Assembly: GCA_018714965.1 (NCBI GenBank)
Contig: DVML01000025.1
Span: 14,207-78,206 of the forward strand
Reading direction: 5' to 3'
DNA length: 64,000 bases
From: Candidatus Fimihabitans intestinipullorum
GTDB lineage: Bacteria > Bacillota_I > Bacilli_A > RF39 > UBA660
Shown here: piece after piece, positions 9,922 to 18,052 of the stretch
How positions within the stretch are numbered: the first letter of the stretch is position 1
How the letters are laid out: each line of letters opens with the position of its first letter
Program-made: the position numbers and the translations under genes
The notes under the pieces: model-generated
What the model was told of the DNA's origin: nothing
Seen by the model: the letters and a program-made list of their open reading frames with translations, nothing else
Database searches by the model: none

Positions 9922-11559
9922 TTATTTTCTGAATGTTTTTTTATAAGTAATCGCTGTTGCATTGTCGCTCCCAGCGTGAATTATTCTCTCTTTAACGTAA
10001 TGGTCCCCATCTCCGTAAGAGGCTGTATCTACAAGTTGATCTGCTTTTGGAAATTGTGGTAATATTTGATATAACTGTAATGTAGGAATCGGATTTGTAA
10101 CCCCGTCGCTACATAACATCATATAATCGTAATCATGATTTGAAATAATTTGCTCAGGTTTTAATAAATAGTTTTGATCTGTTCCAATCGCATTTGTAAT
10201 TGTATGAGCGTATGGATCGAATTTTCGAATTTCTTCTGCTTCGATTCCTTCGAGCGTTTGTCCATTCTTTTTAAAAAGCTCGTATGTAAGAGTTTGCTCA
10301 GTTGTCATTTTTTTAGCAACCCCATTTTTTGCAATATAGATGCTAGAATCTCCCACTTGGTAAATCAGCGTATGCTTTTTTGTAACGACTGCAAAAGATA
10401 GAGTGGTTTGTCCTAATCTTTGCCTAGAAACGTCTGCTTCTATTTGTGCGACAATAAGCGCAATTTCATTGATCAGGCTACTTTCTTCCATATTATGTTT
10501 TGGCATTTGATCTATTTCTTCGAAGTAGGATACTGGAATTTGTTGGAATGCAGAACTTAAGCGTTCTGTAACAAATTTACTACCTTGTTGTGAATTCTTA
10601 GAACTACTTACCCCATCACATACGGCAAATAATTTATAGTTTTTATTTAAACTATGTTCTACAAATACTGATGCATCATCTTGTCCATGTCTGTGCCGAC
10701 TTCCTTTATTTGTCGCAAGCTGGATTTCTTCTTGGCTTGTACAATACGAGATAGAGATTGTTTGGTGATCATATGGATTATCATTTTTTTTAAGTGTTTG
10801 ATTTTGAAATGCGCCTAAGTAATTTGTCTGTAATTGGATGTTGTGACTTTGGTGTTTCTTGTAATACGTTTCAAACTGTGTTTTTAAATCGTATTTACAA
10901 TTAGGTGTCATCATTCGGTATTCTCGTTCTGGATATTTAATTGCCACACTTACTAAAAGGTCGAAATATTCGAGCAGATATGTTAATAAAACATTTTGGT
11001 TTTCTGGTGAAAGCTGATGATAAGCTTGAAATACATTTGATTGTTCTAGTGCTATTTTAATGAATTGATCTGGGTGTAGTACAGTATCTAGTCCTAGTTC
11101 ACAAATTTGATCTAGTTTCTCTAATTCTAGACGGTTGAAACTCAAAGTGGCGGGTACGAGATAAGTTGCACCTGTATTGTATTTCATATGATATAGTTGA
11201 TCGAAATCATAGCATAAATAAATTTCTAATAAATGATAGATTAGATCTTCGTATGACATAGCTTCTATTTGTTTTCTCATATTACTCGTGCTGGTAATGT
11301 ATGCAGAATCGATTCCTTTTTGTATAAATTGATGTAATAAGGCTTTCGCATAGTGGTTTTCCCGTACTTTAGGTCGTTCCAACGTCAGTTTGATTTCTGT
11401 TTTACGTAGCGCTTCAGCGAGAATGTTTTCTAATTTTCTCTGATATAAACTTTTTTCTAAAATTAGAATTTCTTTTTTTCGCTTTAATGATCGTTCTTGT
11501 TCTTCGATTTCTTCTATTTGCAATTCTATTTTACTGATTTTCTTAGCTTCCGTTTCCAT
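9922..11559 (-). CDS. PP2C/PPM-family Ser/Thr phosphatase domain fused to ~270-aa unknown N-terminal region
   Basis: QDD, FAVCDGV, GQTT, VGDS, LCSDGV and GSDNAT motifs; start moved to ATG at 11559 behind GAAGGGGAG. Confidence 0.85.
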   Translation of the reverse strand: METEAKKISKIELQIEEIEEQERSLKRKKEILILEKSLYQRKLENILAEALRKTEIKLTLERPKVRENHYAKALLHQFIQKGIDSAYITSTSNMRKQIEAMSYEDLIYHLLEIYLCYDFDQLYHMKYNTGATYLVPATLSFNRLELEKLDQICELGLDTVLHPDQFIKIALEQSNVFQAYHQLSPENQNVLLTYLLEYFDLLVSVAIKYPEREYRMMTPNCKYDLKTQFETYYKKHQSHNIQLQTNYLGAFQNQTLKKNDNPYDHQTISISYCTSQEEIQLATNKGSRHRHGQDDASVFVEHSLNKNYKLFAVCDGVSSSKNSQQGSKFVTERLSSAFQQIPVSYFEEIDQMPKHNMEESSLINEIALIVAQIEADVSRQRLGQTTLSFAVVTKKHTLIYQVGDSSIYIAKNGVAKKMTTEQTLTYELFKKNGQTLEGIEAEEIRKFDPYAHTITNAIGTDQNYLLKPEQIISNHDYDYMMLCSDGVTNPIPTLQLYQILPQFPKADQLVDTASYGDGDHYVKERIIHAGSDNATAITYKKTFRK

Positions 11560-11665
11560 CTCAATCTCCCCTTCAAAAGTAGGTTTTACTTTAACAGAAT
11601 GGAATATATTTGTCAAATTTATGATGAAATGTGGTATACTAAAAAAGAAGTAAGGATGGACAAGT

Positions 11666-13072
11666 ATGAAGAAAAAGGGTTTATTGTTATTTGGATTTTT
11701 CTGTTTGATTTTAGTTGCTATTATGACTGGTGTTATTGCTGGATATCGAGAAATTCATTTTTCAGTAGATGGGAAAACAGTTTTAAATGTGGATGTGGGA
11801 AGTAAATATAATGCTCCTGAGGTAAATGCCTGCTATGGAAACTTTTTTCATTGTAAAGCACTAAAAGTAGATAAAATAGGGGATGTAGATACCAATCGAA
11901 TAGGAACTTATCACGTTTTCTATCAAGTTAAGAAAGATGGTAAAACGAAAAAGCTTGCGATTAAAGTAGTCGTAGAAGATAGAAAAAAGCCAGAATTGGT
12001 AGTGGAAGGGGAGAAATTACAAGTCTGCCCGAATGGAAAATTAAAACAATATCAGTATCGAGCAATCGATCAGTATGATGGAGATTTAACTAGTAAAGTG
12101 AAGATCGAAGAAAAAGAAGGAAATCTCGTATTTTCCGTTCGTGATTCGAGTGGAAATGAAACTTTAAAAAAAGTTCCATACGAGAAAGTAGACCAAGTGC
12201 CTCCATCTTTAACATATAAAGGAAATCCAACGATGTCTTTACTGGTTGGAAGTACTTATCGAGATCCTGGAATGAATGCAATGGATGATTGCGATGGAGA
12301 TCTTACTCCTAATATCGTTGTCAGTGGAAATGTAAATACTAAAGTACCAGGAACGTATAAAGTGATTTATACTGCGACAGATCAGTCTGGAAACCAAACA
12401 TCGGCAGCGCGAACTGTCAAAGTCTATAAAAAGAACGTTACGACGATTCCTGGAAAGAAGACGATCTATCTTACATTTGATGATGGTCCAGGACCTCATA
12501 CTGCACGTTTGTTAGATATTTTAGCTAAGTATAATGTAAAAGCGACTTTCTTTGTGACAGGTGTAAATCCAGCGTATGATCCAATGATTACACGTGCATA
12601 TAGAGAAGGTCATAGTATAGGACTTCATACTTATACACATCGATATCAAACGATATATGCTAGTAAAGAAGCTTATTATCAAGATTTAAATTTGATTTCT
12701 AATAAAGTAAAGAATTTAACAGGTGTTGAAACTAAGTTAATTCGATTCCCGGGTGGATCATCCAATACGGTAAGTAATCGCGTTCCAGGTCTTATGACAT
12801 ACCTTGCTCGCGATGTCGAAGCGAGAGGATATAAGTATTTTGATTGGAATATTACAAGTGGAGATGCTGGAGAAACAACATCGACACAAGTGGTTGCTAA
12901 CAATGTAATTCGCAATTTACGAAACGATTATAGTATCGTTTTACAACACGATAGTCAAGGATTTAGTGTCAATGCAGTAGAGACGATTATTCAATATGGG
13001 TTATCCCATGGATATACGTTCGCACCGCTTACGATGTCTAGTCCGACAGCACATCATAAAATTAATAATTAG
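11666..13072 (+). CDS. Membrane-anchored polysaccharide (peptidoglycan GlcNAc) deacetylase with Ig-like DUF5011-type repeats
   Basis: N-terminal TM; AxDxxDGDLT repeats; TFDDGP, HTYTH, RFPGGS, DWN and LQHD NodB motifs. Confidence 0.88.
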   Translation: MKKKGLLLFGFFCLILVAIMTGVIAGYREIHFSVDGKTVLNVDVGSKYNAPEVNACYGNFFHCKALKVDKIGDVDTNRIGTYHVFYQVKKDGKTKKLAIKVVVEDRKKPELVVEGEKLQVCPNGKLKQYQYRAIDQYDGDLTSKVKIEEKEGNLVFSVRDSSGNETLKKVPYEKVDQVPPSLTYKGNPTMSLLVGSTYRDPGMNAMDDCDGDLTPNIVVSGNVNTKVPGTYKVIYTATDQSGNQTSAARTVKVYKKNVTTIPGKKTIYLTFDDGPGPHTARLLDILAKYNVKATFFVTGVNPAYDPMITRAYREGHSIGLHTYTHRYQTIYASKEAYYQDLNLISNKVKNLTGVETKLIRFPGGSSNTVSNRVPGLMTYLARDVEARGYKYFDWNITSGDAGETTSTQVVANNVIRNLRNDYSIVLQHDSQGFSVNAVETIIQYGLSHGYTFAPLTMSSPTAHHKINN

Positions 13073-13081
13073 ACAAAAGAA

Positions 13082-13110
13082 AAACCTTACAAATGTAAGG
13101 TTTATTTTTT
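13082..13110. terminator. Bidirectional terminator between the deacetylase gene and the tRNA operon
   Basis: AAACCTTACA-aa-TGTAAGGTTT flanked by A and T runs. Confidence 0.7.
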
Positions 13111-13114
13111 AACT

Positions 13115-13191
13115 TGGTGACCTGTATGGGATTTGAACCCATGAATGCCGCCGTGAAAGGGCGGTGTGTTGAACCACTTCACCAACAGGCC
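13115..13191 (-). tRNA. tRNA-Glu (TTC)
   Basis: Cloverleaf with CCGCC-CT-TTC-AC-GGCGG anticodon arm, CCA end. Confidence 0.97.
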
Positions 13192-13198
13192 AACAAAA

Positions 13199-13275
13199 TG
13201 GCGCCTCTTGTAAGACTCGAACTTACGACCCCCTGATTAACAGTCAGATGCTCTAACCGACTGAGCTAAAGAGGC
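13199..13275 (-). tRNA. tRNA-Asn (GTT)
   Basis: Cloverleaf with CT-GTT-AA anticodon loop, CCA end. Confidence 0.97.
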
Positions 13276-13282
13276 ATTTAAA

Positions 13283-13359
<77 letters not shown>

Positions 13360-13383
13360 ACTTAAATGTCAAACGACTATTAC

Positions 13384-13412
13384 AGTATACATGATATTCT
13401 AAAGTTTTGCAA
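13384..13412 (-). promoter_or_regulatory. SigmaA promoter of the Ile-Asn-Glu tRNA operon
   Basis: TTGCAA-17 bp-TATACT on the minus strand. Confidence 0.7.
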
Positions 13413-13546
13413 TAGCTTTTTTACATTTTCTGTATATTTTTTGAAATCTAGCGTCAATCCGACGTCCTCACTGAATAATATACACAGAAATGAAAAGTAT
13501 GTCAATCTTTTTTGCGTTTCTTTTCACGATAAAGCAGTATAATTCG

Positions 13547-13575
13547 TTGACGACAAAAATAATTAAAAGTATAAT
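13547..13575 (+). promoter_or_regulatory. SigmaA promoter of the sufC-sufB/D pair
   Basis: TTGACG-17 bp-TATAAT. Confidence 0.75.
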
Positions 13576-13664
13576 GGATGTGAATATGAAAGAAATTTCA
13601 TATTCAGAAAACCATGGATAACATATAGATGTTATGACCATGTTAATATAGAAAGGATGAAGAT

Positions 13665-14381
13665 ATGTTAGAGTTACAAGACATCTCATTCAAACGAGAT
13701 GGTAAACATATACTAGATCACGTGAGCTTCAAATTTGAAGCAGAAAAATTTTACGTGATCACTGGACCCAACGGGAGTGGAAAATCGACACTCGCTAAAA
13801 TCATCATGGGAATCGAACAACCAGATAGTGGGAAGATTTTATTAGATGGAAAAGATATCACTCATAAAAAAATTGACGAAAGATCAAGGTTAGGAATTGG
13901 GTTTGCGTTTCAACAGCCGGTACAATTTAAAGGAATTACCGTATATGATTTATTAAAGCTTGCTTCTAAAAAAGAAATTGGAACGAAAGAAGCATGTCAA
14001 TTGTTATCAAAAGTTGGTCTTTGTGCAGGAGAATATATCGATCGTGAGATCAATGGTTCTCTATCAGGAGGAGAATTAAAACGAATTGAAATTGCCTCTG
14101 TTATGGCAAAGGATCCGAGTGTTTCTATCTTCGATGAACCAGAAGCAGGAATCGATTTGTGGAGCTTTCGAAATTTGATCGATGTGTTTAAACAAATGGA
14201 ATCTTATGCGAAAGGAGTTACGATTGTTATTTCACATCAAGAGAGAATTTTAGCGATTGCCGATCAAATTATTTGGATGGATCAAGGTAAGATAAAACAA
14301 GAAGGGAGTAAAAACGCGATGATGCATCAAATCTTGATGCCACAGAAAGATTGTCCGAAAGGAGTGATGACTTGTGAATAA
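13665..14381 (+). CDS. sufC: SufC-like Fe-S assembly ABC ATPase (SUF-like minimal system)
   Basis: GPNGSGKST, FAFQQP, LSGGELKRIE, FDEPEAGID, ISH; coupled to a SufB/D-family gene. Confidence 0.8.
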   Translation: MLELQDISFKRDGKHILDHVSFKFEAEKFYVITGPNGSGKSTLAKIIMGIEQPDSGKILLDGKDITHKKIDERSRLGIGFAFQQPVQFKGITVYDLLKLASKKEIGTKEACQLLSKVGLCAGEYIDREINGSLSGGELKRIEIASVMAKDPSVSIFDEPEAGIDLWSFRNLIDVFKQMESYAKGVTIVISHQERILAIADQIIWMDQGKIKQEGSKNAMMHQILMPQKDCPKGVMTCE

Positions 14382-15291
14382 AGTAGATGAATCACTTCTT
14401 CACGAAATATTAGATCAAGATGTAAGAAAAGCAGATGCTTACAATATTCGTAAGAATGGAAAAGGGATCGAGCGTAAATCAAATCCTAATATTGAGATTG
14501 TTCCGAAGGAGGATGGAACAGGACTTGATATTTACGTTAAAGAAAACACTCTATTTGGAATCATTCACATCCCTGTGATTATTACGGAAAGTGGACTTAC
14601 CGATGTCGTATATAACGATTTTCATATTGGTAAAAATGCGAATGTGATCATTATTGCCGGATGTGGAATTCATAATGGAAAACATAAAGATTCTAAACAT
14701 GATGGAATACATCGCTTCTATGTAGAAGAAAAAGCAAAAGTAAACTATGTTGAAAAACATTATGGAGAAGGTGAGGGAACTGGAAAGAAAGAACTCAATC
14801 CGGTGACTGAAGTTACATTAGAAAAAGATGCCTATTTATCGATGAGTACGACGCAGATCAAAGGAGTCGATACAACGTTACGTGTGACGAAAGCTAAATT
14901 AAAAGAAGGATCTACACTCATAATTAACGAAAAAATATTAACGACAGGAACACAACAAGCGAAAACTGATTTTGTCGTTTCCTTAGATGGAGAAGGTGCA
15001 AGTACGCATGTGACATCTCGTTCTGTAGCGGAAGAATCATCTTATCAAGAATTTACATCTCATATTACTGGAAATAAAAAATGTTATGCGCACGTGGAAT
15101 GTGATGCTATTATTAAAGATCATGGATCTGTAAAAGCAGTTCCAGAAATTTATGCCAAAGATGTAGATGCAAATCTGATTCACGAAGCAGCAATTGGTAA
15201 AATAGCAGGACAACAACTTATGAAATTGATGTCGCTCGGTCTTTCTGAAAAAGAGGCAGAGGAGACGATTATTAAGGGCTTCTTAAAGTAA
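14374..15291 (+). CDS. Short SufB/SufD-family Fe-S scaffold protein
   Basis: AHVECDAII, HEAAIGKIAGQQLMKLMSLGLSEKEAE C-terminal signature. Confidence 0.85.
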   Translation: MNKVDESLLHEILDQDVRKADAYNIRKNGKGIERKSNPNIEIVPKEDGTGLDIYVKENTLFGIIHIPVIITESGLTDVVYNDFHIGKNANVIIIAGCGIHNGKHKDSKHDGIHRFYVEEKAKVNYVEKHYGEGEGTGKKELNPVTEVTLEKDAYLSMSTTQIKGVDTTLRVTKAKLKEGSTLIINEKILTTGTQQAKTDFVVSLDGEGASTHVTSRSVAEESSYQEFTSHITGNKKCYAHVECDAIIKDHGSVKAVPEIYAKDVDANLIHEAAIGKIAGQQLMKLMSLGLSEKEAEETIIKGFLK

Positions 15292-15390
15292 AAATAAGAG
15301 TCAACGAAATGTATAAACACTGATTTTTCAGTGTTTTTCGTTGTGTTCTTTTTAAAATAAGTGTATCCTAGATAATAGGAGGGATAAAAA

Positions 15391-16275
15391 ATGGATTTAA
15401 AAAAATTATTTGGTTATGAAGGAAAAACTGTTGTAATTACGGGTGCAGCATCAGGAATGAGCCGTTCTGCTGCGGAATTATTAATCGAACTTGGAGCGAA
15501 AGTATATGCGATCGATATCAATCCGATCGACTTGCCAGTAGAAAAAGCATATCAAGCTGATTTGAGCGATAAAGAACAAATCGATCGTGTCATTGCTGAT
15601 TTACCACAAAAGATCGATGCATTATTCTTATGTCATGGAATTGCAGCATTTCCTGGAAGAGAATTATTAGTACAAAAAGTAAATTTCTATAGTCAAAAAT
15701 ATATGACAGAGCAATTACTCGATCGTATTTCTGATCATGGATCTATTACTTATATCGCATCTGTAGGAGGTTTCGGTTGGCAACAAGTATATCCAACTGC
15801 CGTAGAACTAATCAATTTACCTACTTGGGAAGATGCAATGAAGTTTTATGAAACACATCCAGAGTTAATTCAAAGTGCCTATGTTTTTGCAAAACAATGT
15901 TTACTTTCCTATGTTACTTATAAATGTATGGATCCAGCATTCATAGGACGTAAGATCAGAATCAATGCAATCAATCCAGGAGATACAACGACAGGTCTTA
16001 CAGATGACTTTAATAAATCAACAAGTCCTACGGGAAATGCAGAAGAGGGTGCGGCAATGATCGAGAACATCTTCTTGAAAAGCTGGAATGGATATGCAGC
16101 AGAGCCAAAAGATATGGGATATCCTATGGTTGTCGTTGGTAGTGCTATTTGTTCTTATATGTCAGGGCAACTTATTTATATCGATTATGGATTAACTTCT
16201 AATTGGACAAGCCAAGCATTGTTACATGCAAACGATAAGACAATAGAAGAAATCTCAAAAGATTCACAAGCTTAA
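15391..16275 (+). CDS. SDR family oxidoreductase (hydroxysteroid/coniferyl-alcohol dehydrogenase-like)
   Basis: TGAASGMS, YVFAK (YxxxK), IRINAINPG, IYIDYG. Confidence 0.85.
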   Translation: MDLKKLFGYEGKTVVITGAASGMSRSAAELLIELGAKVYAIDINPIDLPVEKAYQADLSDKEQIDRVIADLPQKIDALFLCHGIAAFPGRELLVQKVNFYSQKYMTEQLLDRISDHGSITYIASVGGFGWQQVYPTAVELINLPTWEDAMKFYETHPELIQSAYVFAKQCLLSYVTYKCMDPAFIGRKIRINAINPGDTTTGLTDDFNKSTSPTGNAEEGAAMIENIFLKSWNGYAAEPKDMGYPMVVVGSAICSYMSGQLIYIDYGLTSNWTSQALLHANDKTIEEISKDSQA

Positions 16276-16353
16276 AATGAATGTGCATAGGAAATATGCA
16301 CATTTTTATTGTCAAAAGAATTATTTTGTGTTAAAATGATAATGTTGTTAATT

Positions 16354-16430
16354 GGCCTGTTGGTGAAGCGGTTCAACACACTGCCCTCTCACGGCAGCAT
16401 TCATGGGTTCGAAACCCATACAGGTCACCA
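16354..16430 (+). tRNA. tRNA-Glu (CTC)
   Basis: Cloverleaf with CTGCC-CT-CTC-AC-GGCAG anticodon arm, CCA end. Confidence 0.97.
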
Positions 16431-16440
16431 TATGATAATT

Positions 16441-16466
16441 ACTAGATAGCAATATCTAGTTTTTTT
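16441..16466 (+). terminator. Rho-independent terminator after tRNA-Glu
   Basis: ACTAGATA-gcaa-TATCTAGT followed by a T run. Confidence 0.75.
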
Positions 16467-16540
16467 GTTTTCAACGTTACTATGTGATGATATAATAAGA
16501 TTGTGGAATCGTTCAGGAGAGTTGAAGGGAGATTTTATTT

Positions 16541-17008
16541 ATGTCTTTTTTAAAAGCGAAGGAAAATTTACAAAAATACGGATTAGAAAATAAAATTATG
16601 GAGTTTACTGTTTCTTCGGCAACGGTAAAAGAAGCTGCTAAGGCAATTGATTGCAAGGAAGAAGAGATCGCCAAAACTTTATCATTTATCGTTTCTGATC
16701 ACCCTATATTGATCGTAGTTGCAGGAGACTCTAAAATTGATAATAGTAAATTTAAAAGAGAATTTCATACCAAAGCAAAGATGATACCATTCGATCAAGT
16801 CGAAAATTTGATAGGGCATGCGGTCGGGGGAGTTTGTCCATTTGGAGTCAACGAAGGAGTGACTGTTTATTTGGATGATTCTTTAAAACGTTTTGAAGTT
16901 ATTTATCCGGCTTGTGGAAGTGCGAATAGTGCAGTGAAATTAACATTAGATGAATTAGAAAAAGCATCAAACTATCAAAAATGGGTAGATGTTTGTAAGA
17001 TAGTTTAA
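16541..17008 (+). CDS. YbaK/EbsC family aminoacyl-tRNA deacylase
   Basis: IAKTL, GHAVGGVCPFG, YPACGS motifs. Confidence 0.9.
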   Translation: MSFLKAKENLQKYGLENKIMEFTVSSATVKEAAKAIDCKEEEIAKTLSFIVSDHPILIVVAGDSKIDNSKFKREFHTKAKMIPFDQVENLIGHAVGGVCPFGVNEGVTVYLDDSLKRFEVIYPACGSANSAVKLTLDELEKASNYQKWVDVCKIV

Positions 17009-17067
17009 GAAATGAAAAAAAGGTGATTTTGTAACAAAATCACACAGTATTGAGATTGGAGAAAATT

Positions 17068-17637
17068 ATGGATATAGAACATAAGCATGAAGACTTAATT
17101 GCAATCGCAAAAAAATACATGAGTACTATTCAGGATAGTTGTCATAACATACATCATATGAATGATGTCGTTGCTTATACAAAAGAACTTTTAAATGAAC
17201 TAGAGACCAAGAAAAATCCGGAAGTATGTATGATCGGTGCTTATTGGCACGATGTTGGAAGGATAAAATTGGATGTAGGTCACGAAGAATTATCAGCAAA
17301 GATGTTACGGCAACACATGCTTGAAATGAATTATGATGATGAATTCATAGAAGCTTGTTGTGAAGCAATTCGATATCATAAATGGAATATGTCTCCTAAG
17401 ACGATAGAAGGGCTTATTATAAAAGATGCAGATAAATTAGCATTTCTTGGAAGCGAGAGATGGAGTGCTTGTTTAGAACAGGGACAAAGATTAGATGATA
17501 TCATACAGTTGCTTCCAAGATTAAGAAACGAACTTTTATATTTTGAAGTTTCCAGAAAAATATATGACCGAGAAATTGTACGTATCATGAGATTGTTATA
17601 TGATAGATATTATGGTGATAGGAGAGAAAAAGAATAA
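17068..17637 (+). CDS. HD domain phosphohydrolase
   Basis: HNIHH, WHDVG, HEELSA, YH, DADKL; ATG at 17068 behind GGAG. Confidence 0.85.
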   Translation: MDIEHKHEDLIAIAKKYMSTIQDSCHNIHHMNDVVAYTKELLNELETKKNPEVCMIGAYWHDVGRIKLDVGHEELSAKMLRQHMLEMNYDDEFIEACCEAIRYHKWNMSPKTIEGLIIKDADKLAFLGSERWSACLEQGQRLDDIIQLLPRLRNELLYFEVSRKIYDREIVRIMRLLYDRYYGDRREKE

Positions 17638-17675
17638 TAAAGAAGCAAGTATAGACTTGTTTTTTTTATGTGCAA

Positions 17676-17993
17676 AAAAAAGCGAACAAAAGAATGTGAA
17701 AAGGAATAGAAAATGTCAAAAATACACTTTAAATTTTTTTGAAAAAATGGCATCTAAAAAATAATTGAAAATGAAAAATATAAAAAAATCAAAAAAACAG
17801 ATATGATGCAAAAAGCCTAAAAATGCGACTTTCACTTTTAAAAATAATGCTTTTTCCGGTTTTTGAAAAAAACGGCGTTTTTTTAAAAAACGAAGTGTAA
17901 AGAAAAACACAAAAAAATAAAATGCGTTTTTGTTGAAAAATAAAGGCTCGTGAGCTGTGCTGAAAAAAAAGTTTAAAATTTGTTCGCTTTTTT
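17676..17993. repeat. 15-bp perfect inverted repeat enclosing an A-tract-rich ~290-bp intergenic segment
   Basis: AAAAAAGCGAACAAA (17676-17690) and TTTGTTCGCTTTTTT (17979-17993). Confidence 0.6.
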
Positions 17994-17995
17994 AC

Positions 17996-18024
17996 TTGAT
18001 TTTTTTATTTTGAGTTGCTATACT
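17996..18024 (+). promoter_or_regulatory. SigmaA promoter of nrdDG (extended -10)
   Basis: TTGATT-17 bp-TATACT with TGn extension. Confidence 0.7.
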
Positions 18025-18052
18025 GACAGTAGTTAAGGTAGGAGGAAATGTT

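Noticed and set aside
16354-17637. tRNA-Glu(CTC) as attachment site of an integrated element
   Set aside because: No duplicated tRNA 3' end downstream and no integrase; similarity to tRNA-Glu(TTC) at 13115 is ordinary isoacceptor homology
17640-17995. Replication origin, dif site or the coding ORF 17716..17910
   Set aside because: No DnaA boxes or dif consensus recognised; the ORF is a Phe/Lys low-complexity product of A/T tracts
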